A DNA stretch of 64,000 bases from Octopus vulgaris (Eukaryota): positions 148,242,001 to 148,306,000 of the forward strand of contig OX597814.1 of the NCBI GenBank assembly GCA_951406725.2, in the 5' to 3' direction. The notes under the pieces are model-generated. The model was not told where the DNA came from and did not search any database. It saw nothing but the letters and a program-made list of their open reading frames with translations. Below are positions 51,431-64,000 of this stretch, in pieces; positions within the stretch are counted from its first letter, which is position 1, and each line of letters opens with the position of its first letter. A program made the translations under genes and the position numbers.

Positions 51431-52552
51431 CGATCATCATCATCATCATCATCAATACGGTTTTTTCTCATGCTACTGAGGGCACATTTGATCAGCTTCT
51501 GATGATGCGTATTGGTTTTGTTCTACATTTAAGCCTATGTACAAGAAAACTCGTGAGAGTCACGGCCTTTTGGTACACGTTTATTCATATATAATGCTTA
51601 AGGGCTGCGAAAATTCATAACCGAGATAACTCAGTGATATTATAGCCAGAATCCTATGAATTTGCAAAGATTATAGCCTGCCACACGAGTCTTATGTTTA
51701 CAAATGAAAACAGTTTATGTATTTTTTATATGTTTTTGCATATATTCATTCAATTGACGTTTAACTGGGAGCATTCCCAAATCTATGAGAGTCATAACGA
51801 TTTCAGAGATAAAACGTGAGGTATTACATTCAGAAGAACCATGGCTGCCTGTGCCATAATGTTATTATAAGCCATCGTATACATTAAAGTCGACGCCATT
51901 ACATGATGTTTGTAGTAGCACATAGATACGAGTACATATCTTATTGAGTCGTAATTCGACGCATGCAGCAAAAGATAAACGCCTGCCAGCCGTGAGTGAG
52001 AGTTCAATCCACTCGTGTCTTCCTGTTTATGAATGCACTGAACCGCTAAAGAGACGCGACTCGTATGTGACTGTGAAATATGTTTAATTTCATTTGGCTT
52101 CTCACTTCAGGGAAATTAGAAAGATAACTTGCAATTTGGGTCTTGGGCATAAACCAGCATGTCTTAGAATATTAACACTTACAGACCCGAAATCAATTTT
52201 CAGAACTTACCATATAAAAATAACATTTGAAAAAAATCGCGTTTCTTGTGCGGTTCAGTATATATGCACGCGGAGGTAGACCCAAACAAAGGAACATACA
52301 CAAACGTGTATACAGACAGATATACGCAGTGATGTGAATGTATATTCAAGCTGAACTGTCTTGAGGCATAGGTAAACCGGGCAATTGACCTCACAGCTGT
52401 AAGAGCCCAGTGCTAATCTATTTATGGTGAAGTTTGCTGTCAATGAATAAATACTACGTGGACTAGTGCATTGATATTCCCAGGGGCCTATAATACTGAT
52501 TAGATTACCCTTTATATAGGAAAACATAAACATATGTAGATACGTAAAGAAG

Positions 52553-52611
<59 letters not shown>

Positions 52612-52958
52612 ATATATAATTATTAATTTTATAAATATATATATATACATATGTATATATATATATATAGTTTCTATCAATTCTATACTTCAATATAAAC
52701 CCGCTTCGCTAAAATATGTGTGCTTTTTTCCAAAGAAAGGAAACCATTATTGTTTATATTCACATTCACTATGACATTCGCCATAGGATTTTTAGAAGTC
52801 CATTCATTTGTAAAATAAGAAAATAAATAAATCTAGTTTCGTTTTAATACTTTTTAACGGTCTCTGGCTATAATAAATCACACAAATTGTATAAAAAATA
52901 TTAAAAAATATATGCACACACCCACATTCATTTGATATATATATATATACAGAAACGA

Positions 52959-53013
<55 letters not shown>

Positions 53014-53042
53014 TATATATATGAATGCCTACGTAAATAACA

Positions 53043-53117
<75 letters not shown>

Positions 53118-53651
53118 TGAATAAATAAATGAGCTTGACATTTCTAAACAAACTAAGATGCAAACAAGCTAGCCAAGCAAAATAAACACCCCAAGCAAGT
53201 AATGAAACAAAATACTAAAATACAGAAAAAAATAAATGAATAACATTATAATATATATATGAACGATACGAAAATATATGACACACATATAATTAAAATA
53301 TGACTCTCTTTTCAATGTTGATATTTTAAAATTTATAAATACATCACAAATTATATATACAAAACACAGCATACAGTTGCATACATACACACACGCACAA
53401 CATATCACTTCTCTGTTAATCTGAAACTTATATGGAAATGCATACGCACATACACACATCGCTGGTGTTATTTATTTATTCGCTTGGTGGGAAGCTAAAG
53501 TTTGACTTCATTCAAATCTCGATTTTATGCAGTTTCAATTTATTATAATTGGAAATATAATCTATTGAATGGAATATATAAATGTAGAAATATACATAAA
53601 TGATGTGCATACATACATACACACACACATATATATATATGCATAAATATA

Positions 53652-53696
<45 letters not shown>

Positions 53697-53703
53697 GTAT
53701 ATA

Positions 53704-53749
<46 letters not shown>

Positions 53750-54738
53750 TATATGAAAAATTAATATGTAATATATATGAAATTATACAATTTATAATAT
53801 AATATACAGCTATATGCATATAACTAAATCTTTATATACGTTTTCATATTTCCATTATATATATGCACACAACACACACGTACACACACACACATGCAGG
53901 CACACACACACGCACACAACACACACACGCACACAACACACACACGCACTCTCATTCTCTCTCATACACACACACTCGCACCACACAAATGTGTATGTGT
54001 GTGTGTGCGCGTACGTGTGTGTGTGCACTCACTCTTTCATACATACGCATAAGAGTATACAGAGATTGAATAGAATGCAAATTTACATGCCATCACATAG
54101 AATATCCCAAACGTATAGAAAATCCAAGTATCTTTGAATTACAGGAAATAAAAAGAAAAATCTTCCTCGAAAGTTTGCAATTTCAGAAAATAAGAAAAAA
54201 ATATGGTAAATGAAGGAATATTTAAAATCTAGCTAAATATAATATGTATCTGAATTAGAAAAAAACTTCCACTTTGCTTTCATTGTAAATAATGTATATA
54301 GTCGCTGTAAGAAATATATATTTTGATATGTATTATAATATATTGCATTGATAGTCTTATAAATAATAAAAATTCTACATACACATCTTCTCGTTTAGGA
54401 GAGTTTTATAATTAACGAATAGGACATTTTTTACCTAAAGATATATTACCATTATACATATGCTCGTGCATATATACGCATATATATATATATATATATA
54501 CATATAAATATATGTATATTTATTTATACATATACATATATTCATTTATATATACATATATATATATGTACATATATACATACATATATATATATATATA
54601 TGTATATATATCCATATATACATGCATACACGTATGCATCAATATATAAGCATATATGTCTATACTCCACTCACACACATAAACACATACATGCATATAT
54701 ATGTACACATGCACACACGCATATATGTATATATAAAA

Positions 54739-54786
<48 letters not shown>

Positions 54787-55089
54787 GGCAATGTACGTAG
54801 ACTCTCCCATACACTTCTTAAAATGCATCTATTATTCATTTGCCGTTTGACTTTATTATTTAAAGAACAGAAAATAGAGTAGAATATACGCATTTTGGTA
54901 TTATTTGACCTTTCTCTTATTGAAAATTATGTTATTCCGCAACTATACTTCTCATTTGTTGCTGAAGAAGATCATCGCAACCAATTATATATTCACTATA
55001 CTTGTTATTATTCTTAGAAGCCTGAAAATTGTTTGCTTTTCCCTTAGTCAATTTTCATTATATATTTTTTTCTATGCTAGGCAACCTTG

Positions 55090-55300
55090 TATGTACTGAG
55101 AAGTATAGATAGGCCAAAGTTGTATAATTCTGACCATCACACATTGACTACCTATTTTCCCTGTCCAGGTTCTGGCTACTTGTCGTGCAGTTCAGAAAAA
55201 TCAACTTTTCTATATCTGGCAGAGGTGAATGATGAGATTAAACGTTACACGGGTGCCAGTTTTGTATACTACTTTCAGGACTACTCTTATTCAAGTCTTT
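55090..55300 (-). mobile_element. Possible RTE-type AP-endonuclease relic
   Basis: Minus remnant YKTG...LARYRKVDFSELH resembles 'L.RY.VDI.ALQE'. Confidence 0.3.
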
Positions 55301-56068
55301 GTTAAAGAGAACTCCCTCTCTGAATTGCTTATAGTTTTTTTTTCCGCAGCGTGTTTCTTACCATCATAATGATATAGAAGATCTCTAATATCCATTGCAT
55401 TTTCTCAGGCGAAACTAAGCCATTCGTATAATCTAATTGCAACTGAACGACATGGTTCGTTCTACAACACGGAATTGATTTCCAAAGTCAACTATGAATG
55501 TAGATTAAATACTGAAAATACCGGAATGCAAACTTCTCAAAACACGTACCCACTAATCTATTTTTCATTTCAAAGTCGAACGATATTTTTCCCCGAGTAG
55601 CTAGCCCCTGTAGCATCAGCCAACATCTGCTTACTCATAACAGCAACATATTTATGCCGAAAGCAAACTTTTGGATTCCTTGTACTGCCACAAGAAAAAT
55701 CTTCCCTTCTATTGCGAGTAAGTGGATACAAATGAATTATATCGACCGCTTTTGCTAAAAGTTCTGCATATTTGAAAATCTAGTTTCCAAATCGGTACGT
55801 CTCACTGTAGATATCTTGTCCCTATTTTTTCTAGATACGGGACTGCGTTATTATACTAACCTTATTCATCTAACCGGAATAGTAACTAAAATACGACTGT
55901 GCTGTTCCTCCATTCTCCAGCTGTTATACCTTGGTTGCTCCACTGGATCGACGGTCGGACTTTGTAAACATCGGCTTCCAGAAAACAAATAATTCAACGA
56001 ACGAAAACGGAAGGGTACAGGCTATGTATATTTCACTAAACACACTCACACACTCACACACACACACA

Positions 56069-56114
<46 letters not shown>

Positions 56115-58157
56115 CACTCACAAACGACCTCGAACCCGCAAGAGAGAGAGAGAGAAACAGGCAAAAAAAAAGGAAAATGCCACTTGTATTTAAACATTAT
56201 GCACAAGATTAAGCTTTTAATTAAGAGTCAAAATCAGTACAGATTTTTAAATTATTAAAAAAAAAGGCAATGTAGGTAAGTAGAGTAACACCAACTAACC
56301 CTAAAAATGCACTCGGTGGCATTTACTCTCATTTACGCTTGTTCACTATTCTATATATGTTTGAGTCACTTTTTCTCTCACCCTATTTTTCCCTCATGCA
56401 AAAGCATTTGCGCAAACACTTTCAAATTTTACTGAAACGCACACACTTAAAAGCAAACACACACATACGTACACATATGTATATACATATTTGTGTGCAG
56501 TTTTACCACCACAGAATGCACCAAAATAAATGCAAGTACAAGCACTCTCGTTTTCATTGCCATCGTTCGGTATTGCAGTACATCTTATGTTTCTTCGTTG
56601 TTACCATGCTTAATATTTTGTAATTGCAAGCATCTTGATTAAAAACGTTAATTTATTTGTAATCGTAACCTTCGCATTCGTCAAGCACGAATAATCGTCA
56701 CCCACCATGTCGGACAAATTTCTCAATGCCGTTGCTTTCCGATCTTTTTTTTTTTTTTGTTTTGAGTCCAAATACCACTGAATTCAACTTTGGCTTTCAT
56801 ATTTTGGGGATCAATAAAATAAAATATCAAAGAAGCTCTGGTGTCGCTATAATCTATTACCCTTTCTTTCTAAAATTGTCGATTTTGTAATGAAATTTGA
56901 GAGAATGATATTCTGTATATTTTTGTCCAATTGTATCCGCTTTTTCATGGTCATGGTTTGAAACGTTGTCTTGAACAGGGAATGCTTTGCGAAGAACATT
57001 TTCAGGCTGCCTATTATCTCCGATCTGAAAGTTTTTTAGGAGAGACCCCTTAAACTGTTCTCGTTCAGACCCAGAAGCAATCCCAAGTCAGCGTTTCTCA
57101 CAGCATCAACTTCTTATGGATAACATGTTGCTTTCCTGCTAACGATTTTGGCTTGTTGGAGCTGACCTGTGAATACTTGGCTGCATTCATGATGCCAATG
57201 GTCCATTCATATTCTACGTTTGACTCATAGCTCTATCTTAAGCCGGGAGATAATTTGCAACAGACATGTTGAACGAAAAATGTGAACAACAATTCGCCCT
57301 TATTTCCATCGAGGTTGTTAAATACCGTGGAATATCGCTCATGAGACAGTTCTTAGCTTAGCATTTGAATATCATCTTAAAAGCTACTGGAGGTCAGGCC
57401 GAATGAAATGTTGCTTCTAAAATATATCCAACTTTACGAAAACACATCGAAAGCAGAAACATATGTTTAAATCGTTATCATAGTTATGTCTGCCCATCGG
57501 TACTATCAAAATAAGCATTTCATTTCTTATACACAATTTTGCTTATTATATAAGGAATTGATCGCTTGGAGAAATATTTAGAGAATAAATTTTCCATGAT
57601 TCCGATAGGAAATTATTCCAGGATTGATCAACAAGGACTGTATGAGAACGATGGCTGATCACCTAGAGAGAGAGAAAGGGAAAGAGAAACAGAGAGAGAG
57701 AGACAACAGTCAGTGACAGACGGACAGACAGAGACTGAGAGAGATAAAGAGAGAGGAACAGAGAGAAAGGGAAAAAGAGAGGAAACTGAATAAGAGTTAA
57801 ACAGTGGTATCACTATCCTGATATTGAACAGGAAGATAGAATAATGTGTACTAGTGTTTACAGCAAACGGATCAATTACAAACAGAACTCTTTTGAAAAC
57901 ACAAACAATTATTTGAACTAGGAATCCGATAGACGGCTGTACTTATCTTGGTTAGTCTACAGACAAATTGAGGTTAATTTGATCCTGCCAGAAGCTCCAG
58001 TATCCATACACAATGCTTGAATAAATAGATAAATAAATTATCCAATGATCTGGAAATCTCTAATTCTTAATATACAATCACAGAGGAAAATGTTTGCTTT
58101 ATTGAATGTGTGTGCGTGTGCGTAGGTGTGTGTGTGCATGTGTGAGTGTCTGTATAT

Positions 58158-58191
<34 letters not shown>

Positions 58192-58233
58192 ATATACATA
58201 CATACATATATATATATACATATGCATACATAC

Positions 58234-58284
<51 letters not shown>

Positions 58285-58595
58285 CACACGCTCACTAAAA
58301 ATCGTGGAACATCAATCAGGTTTTCTTATGAATAGATCTAAATGAAGTAGATTCATGAATAACTTTTAAAATATGCTGAATGACAAATGGACAATATATG
58401 AACGTTTGTTAGAAAATGGATGAAAATGATATTTATCGGTATTGAAATCCAAGCACAAAATTATCTTTGTGTATTTGTTTGTATATACGTATGTACGTAT
58501 ACACGCATGTATTTATCTATGTATGTGTATAGCTCCCACTTTCTCTCTTTCTCTCCTACTTTGTCGTTATATATACTTCATGTACACATATATTT

Positions 58596-58651
<56 letters not shown>

Positions 58652-58742
58652 TTATGTGTTTGTGTATGTATATACATATGTGTATATGTATGTATGTATA
58701 TATATATATATATATATATACATACATATACATATATGTATG

Positions 58743-58798
<56 letters not shown>

Positions 58799-58927
58799 CA
58801 TACATACATTTAACCCAATACGAATATCGTAGGAGTGATTATCGTTGAGGAATCATGTTTGGTTTAGAATACAACCAGCCAAGCAAGATATGTGTGTGAC
58901 CGTGTGTTGGTCTATGCATAACATAGA

Positions 58928-58991
<64 letters not shown>

Positions 58992-59689
58992 TGTTTGATC
59001 TCTATAGTTAGTATCCAGTATTATGAGCGATTCGTTTGTTAGATTTTCAACAAAAGCATGAATTTTAAGTGTGCTTCTCAATGAGGACATCTTTTATCTG
59101 TTAACCTCATCAACACCCGAAAGTGAAGCAATTATTTGTTTCTGTTATCTATTGTATTTTGTAATATAAATCTCAGGAATCTAGTTTCAAATCTAACGTA
59201 CGTTAAATATTCTATATCACGTAGAAATATATACATTTATTTTTAACACTCTCCTGTACACCAATATATGGAAAGCAGTCACTAAGGGATTTTGTCTGGG
59301 AGAAATATTTCCTTATGTTGACTTAATGTGTGAGAGCATATCGAGCTAAATCACAAGGGATATTAGTAGCCATTACCACACAGTATGAAATTAATTCACC
59401 TCTTTCGTAGTAGATACCATTTCTGTCTGATAAAGCTAAGCTGGAATATGTTTCTGCTTTCTGTAAAGAATATAATTGGCTGGCATGTCGTTCGATTTAT
59501 CAAACTACATTTATTTTAATGCAACAGAAAGTACCGAATATGAATTCAAAGATGTATGCATATATTTTGCACGCTTCTGTAGCACAGAACTTAAGAATCA
59601 TTCACTGCAATACATGTTGGTGGAAGAGAGATACCTTCTAAGGAATTTATGCGTAAGAACACAAGAGAGCAAGCTCTAAGTAACGACAG

Positions 59690-59960
59690 CAGATGCCACT
59701 TGGTAACCTTCTGTAAGATAATATGCAAGCAAGATTTGAGAGGCTTTTCTTTTATCTTAAAGGATTGTGCACCCGACCCGAGTATGCGAGTGTTGGTATG
59801 ATCTTCATAGCGAGATCTGGAATATGAGAAACAGAAAACACTGTGTTAGACTTTGATGAAGACGAAGAGTATGGAAGGGCTGTGGGGGATACGATTTTGC
59901 AGCAAGACAAATGGGAAGATCTGATGACATTGTATAAGTGAAACAGGAAACAACGTCTCT
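59690..59960 (-). mobile_element. Possible CR1-like LINE 3' relic
   Basis: Minus remnant RRCFLFHLY..CKIVSPTALPYSSSS..FSVSH; heavily decayed. Confidence 0.3.
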
Positions 59961-60071
59961 ACGTCAATAATTTAGTGGTTTGTGTTTAAAATGTTTGTCA
60001 GTCCGCCAAATTTTGGCTTCTTTTGTATGAAAGTTTAAATACTTACATAGCAGTAGCCCTGTCCACTGTTT

Positions 60072-60072
60072 G

Positions 60073-60141
<69 letters not shown>

Positions 60142-60204
60142 GTCTGTCTATCTATCTATCTATCTGTCTGTCTATCTATCTGTCTGTCTGTCTGTCTATC
60201 TATC

Positions 60205-60273
<69 letters not shown>

Positions 60274-60300
60274 CTGTCTGTCCTTGTATGTATGTATGTA
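60072..60300. repeat. (TATC)n(TGTC)n(TA)n(TG)n compound microsatellite
   Basis: Directly visible. Confidence 0.95.
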
Positions 60301-60604
60301 TGGACATGTATAGGTATTAAACACTAGCCAAATCAAAATTTATAGACTTTCTTACACTGAGGATGAATTATAGACTAACGGATACAAGTGTTGCAGTGTC
60401 TTACGAATCTGCAATGGACGGTCAACAGAAGTTGTAGGAAACAAAGCAAATATATGGTAATTCTAAATCATTTAATCGTACATTTTGTAAGAAAAATTTT
60501 TTGAGAATAAATTATTTATAATAGCAATGGAGACATGGATATTTAAATGTCAGATTTAGCAAAATTATAGACACACACATGCAGCCCATATACTTATATA
60601 CGCG

Positions 60605-60705
60605 GATTTGCAGTTGAGGAATCGCGGGTTCGAATCTCAGACCGGGCGATGTCTGTGTTTTTGAGCGAAACGCCTAAGCTCCACGCGGCTCCGGCAGAAG
60701 TTAAT
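60605..60705 (+). mobile_element. SINE family B head fragment
   Basis: gaatcgcgggttcgaatctcagaccgggcgatg..gagcgaaacgcctaagctccacgcggctccggcag. Confidence 0.75.
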
Positions 60706-60856
60706 GTCTGAAAACCAATGATGGTGTACCCAAGAATGCCAGCCTTGAGGCCAAGACAATTTTGGAGAGGTATAACTTACAGATGAAGACAAAACCACTT
60801 GATGCTAAGCAATCTCGTTTTATTTTGAAAGATCATAAACAATTTTTTTTTTTAAT

Positions 60857-61200
60857 AATCCATCCTTGAGACATATCTGTCCTTCTAGCTCTGACATCGG
60901 TGTACTTAGTAAAAATATTCTAGATAGATATATTCTTACCTTAATTTAAAAATTTAAACTTGGTTTATGGTCCAATTCATTCCAAGTCGTCGACTGGTTT
61001 AGTTCTATTACTAATAAGAGGAGCACTAAGTTTATCCAGCTTGACATGTCTAGTTTTTTATTCATCCATCAGCCCAATAGTACTTAATAAGGCTTGCTCA
61101 TAACAAAGCTGGTCTCACCAGGGAATAAATTAAAATTGTGTTGGCCGCCAGAAAATCTATCATAAAGTTTGACAATAAGATGTGGATCCGTAAGAGCATC
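60857..61200 (+). mobile_element. PLE RT fragment, Naiad-like
   Basis: RHICPSSSDIGVLSKNILD / WSNSFQVVDWFSSITNKRSTKFIQLDMSSFYSSIS / IKIVLAARKSIIKFDNKMWIRK. Confidence 0.75.
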
Positions 61201-61209
61201 GCCCTAACA

Positions 61210-62007
61210 TAAGCAGACACCTGTCGCTCTATCGTTGCTGACGGTAGCTTTTACTCTATCAAAAGGAGTAGTAGCTTATTTCGACTAACATGTAAAGTAG
61301 CTGTCCCAAAGACAACAAGGCCAGTGCAGTGGATGTTATAAAAAATACAGACAGCTTCATTGAAATCTATGACACTAGGCGTTTCGTCTTTCCCTACCCA
61401 CAGTCTTCAGCGATTGACATTTTTATAGAGAACCCATTTCTCGTCACTTTTCGGTTCATTCGTCAGACTTGACAGTAAGGAAGAGCACACATTCACTCTC
61501 TGCGCGCGTTTAAACTGGGGAATTTTTGAGGGACCCATTGATACAATTTGCTGACTCTCTCGATAGCTTGCAGTTGTCGATGAATGGTTGTATCACCAAA
61601 TCCAAGCGAGTTCCTCAATAATTACGATGCGATTTTGTTCCAGCAGGGCCTGTAGAACGTCCTAGTCGAGCTTTACAGATCTTCCAGGACGATGCTCGTA
61701 TTCTATGCTGTAGTTTCGGAAATTCTGGAACCCCATATACCGCATTAATATTACCCACATTGCGCTGCGTTATTGTGAATAATGACCTCATAAAACAAAA
61801 TATGCCGAATATGCTCCTTTTTCACTTCCATCATAGTTTGAAAAACTATCTGTTAAATTCGAATTGCTCTCTTTAAAATTTGCACTAAGTATAAGGTAAA
61901 GTTACTACTTGCTTTTATAGCAAGTTGATGCAGGTAGTCTATCCCGTCCCCCTCCGAATTTAGTTGAACAATTCAAAGAACCGCATTATTTAGGGGTTGA
62001 CCGAATA
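61210..62007 (-). mobile_element. Mariner relic (5' TIR + N-terminal half of transposase)
   Basis: TIR tattcggtcaacccctaaataatgcggtt; MEVKKEHIRHILFYE, DVLQALLEQN, QRVNVCSSLLS, DEKWVLYKN. Confidence 0.85.
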
Positions 62008-62029
62008 TATATATGTGTGTGTGTGTGTA

Positions 62030-62230
62030 TTTCATTTTGGGATTTGGTTTGCAAGATTCTTTATGCGAGTTCGTGTGATGAAGCATATTTGTTGTATCTG
62101 GAGAGAGTCATTATGTTTATGTGCCTTTTTGTTTAACAAACTCACCAGTTCAGTTTCCAGCCGTTTACTTCTTTATTTATCCTAAAATGTTCGTTGTGTC
62201 TTGCAACCTTTTCAATAGGCGTTGACTTCG
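62030..62230 (-). mobile_element. 3' terminal fragment of the family at 45690-46770
   Basis: ctattgaaaaggttgcaagacacaacgaa...aatatgcttca..acacgaa..taaagaatcttgcaaaccaaatcccaaaatgaaa followed by a microsatellite. Confidence 0.8.
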
Positions 62231-62789
62231 TCTATTCTCTGAGCTGCGTTCTTTTTCTTTGCTTCTGCGCATGTGTGTGGGTCAATGTATGTGCGCATAC
62301 ACATATATATGTATGTACGCATGTATGTGTGTACGCATGTATGCGTTTGTATATGTATGTGCTTTTGTATGTATGTATTCTGCATATTCATATGTTTGTG
62401 TGTTCGTGTTTGTGTGTGTTCGTGTTTTGTGTTTTCATGTGTGTGTTTGTTTGCATATGTATGTGTGTATGTGTGTGTGCACCTCTGTCTCCGTGCGTGT
62501 GCATGTCTGCGAGCCTCTGTGCATGGGCTTTTTTGACTAAGTACATGCGTCTGTTATGTACAGATGTGTGTCTCCATATGTGTCCTTGTGTGAAGTCTGC
62601 GTCTGCGTATGTGCGCATGTGTTTCTGTCTTCATTTGCATATGTATGTGTGTAGGTGTGCTAAGATACGCAAACAATCAATCTGAGAAAAACAATTAGTT
62701 GAAAAAAAGAATCATTTCACATGCAATAGGGTCTAGCATAAGAACCACCTTGTAGAATCACATAGTAAAGTTTAACAGCAAACTATACT

Positions 62790-63740
62790 TGCAGATTCAA
62801 TGTGCAGCCATTGGTGTCGGTGTAGCAGGTGATGTGACCGGCTTCTTCATGACCTGGTGGGATGGAAAATTAAAACAATTATTAGAAGAACAGTTCACAA
62901 CTGTGTTATACTGCTAGTATATATATATACTTGCCCGGGATTAAGTTACGATTATTAAGCTAATCAAGTTATTTATTGCAAACCAAACTAAGTAATATAG
63001 TTTGGGCGAATTCCGTTGAAATTAGTTATATTATATATATTATATATATTATTTATATTATATATATATACTATAATATAAATATATATGGGCAACAGAC
63101 ACGAACACTCATACACACACGTACGTACGTACACCTATTGCAAGTTTTGTGCACGCATAGATGTCATACTCTGACAAAATGTTGTTAAATTTGTAGATTG
63201 ACACTCGCACAATTTTCACTAAGAAAAAACATCGATTTTTTTTTTGCTTAGAATCAACTACTCTAGCCTCAAAACCCTTTTTGTAATTCGTGAAACGGAG
63301 TGGGGTGTGGAGGAAGTCTCGCAAATTGTACCCATACTTACTGTAGGTATGTAGTTGAGAATAATATTCTAGTTAAAACCAAGTCTAGTAAAGGTAGTGC
63401 AGTAACCGAGGGCAACGTAATGGAGGGCATCCAGCATGTAGCTAACACCATCCACCAAAGTATTAAGGTAGCTATAGTTTAACCCGCTTGGCATCTTAAC
63501 AATAGACTCCCAGTCCTTGATACTGAACTTTGGTTAGATACTGTGAACAACAGAATGCAGCACCTCCAATCCTATTACCCATAGCATCTATATACGCCAC
63601 TCACAAGAGCTCGGGTTTTCACACAATATGAAAATCAACATACAAATAGCAGAGTGAGAGCAAACCCTATGAACCAGAGAATCATGTACAGAACTTCATG
63701 CACCGAAAGCAATTCTCTGCGCAGGAAAAGAAAGATAGGG
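62790..63740 (+). mobile_element. PLE RT relic, Neptune-like, interrupted at ~62920-63330
   Basis: AIGVGVAGDVTGFFMTWWDGKLKQLLE; then NVMEGIQHVANTIHQSIKV..*P..HLNNRLPVLDTELWL..YY..ASIYATHKSS. Confidence 0.7.
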
Positions 63741-63744
63741 TTAG

Positions 63745-63801
<57 letters not shown>

Positions 63802-63918
63802 ATAACGACCCTTCATTAGTTGTTGGCTGTCTATTTACTCCTCATTTAGACCATTGCACGACAGTATGAGCTTTCGAAGGCAACTGGTCCCACAACATCC
63901 CAAATAAATTTAGGATAT

Positions 63919-63995
<77 letters not shown>

Positions 63996-64000
63996 ATATT

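Noticed and set aside
63850-63900. Hammerhead on the minus strand (..gggaccagttgcccttcGAAAgctc)
   Set aside because: The 5' core is unrecognisable; too degenerate to call.

Overview
AT-rich, microsatellite-dense eukaryotic DNA. The SINE families look like those of octopus (coleoid cephalopod); this is recognised from memory, not from a search. There are no prokaryotic genes, rRNA, true tRNA genes or CRISPR arrays. Most of the window is transposon relics: at least three R4/Dong-type RLE LINEs sitting in (TAA)n tracts; Penelope-like elements (PLEs) of about three lineages, many abutting (TA)n; four tRNA-derived SINE families; three larger mariner relics plus a small mariner derivative; a Chapaev3-type element; a Helentron-type HINE; two ~112-bp solo-LTR-like inserts; and CR1/RTE fragments. 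A few small minus-strand candidate exons (34441-34511, 30277-30381, 3787-3931, 3575-3600) suggest the window is largely intron of one unidentified gene, possibly encoding a divergent C2 domain. The most notable observations are: (i) several minimal hammerhead ribozyme motifs in PLE termini, three with a compensatory U3-A8 core instead of C3-G8; (ii) a 6x reiterated 25-nt RT-coding segment at the 5' junction of a Dong LINE; (iii) a 252-bp inverted duplication fused exactly at a hammerhead core; (iv) a non-coding ~515-bp element inserted in (TAA)n; and (v) a PLE ORF broken only by one TGA at a probable Cys position. Nearly all long ORFs in the supplied track are microsatellite artefacts.
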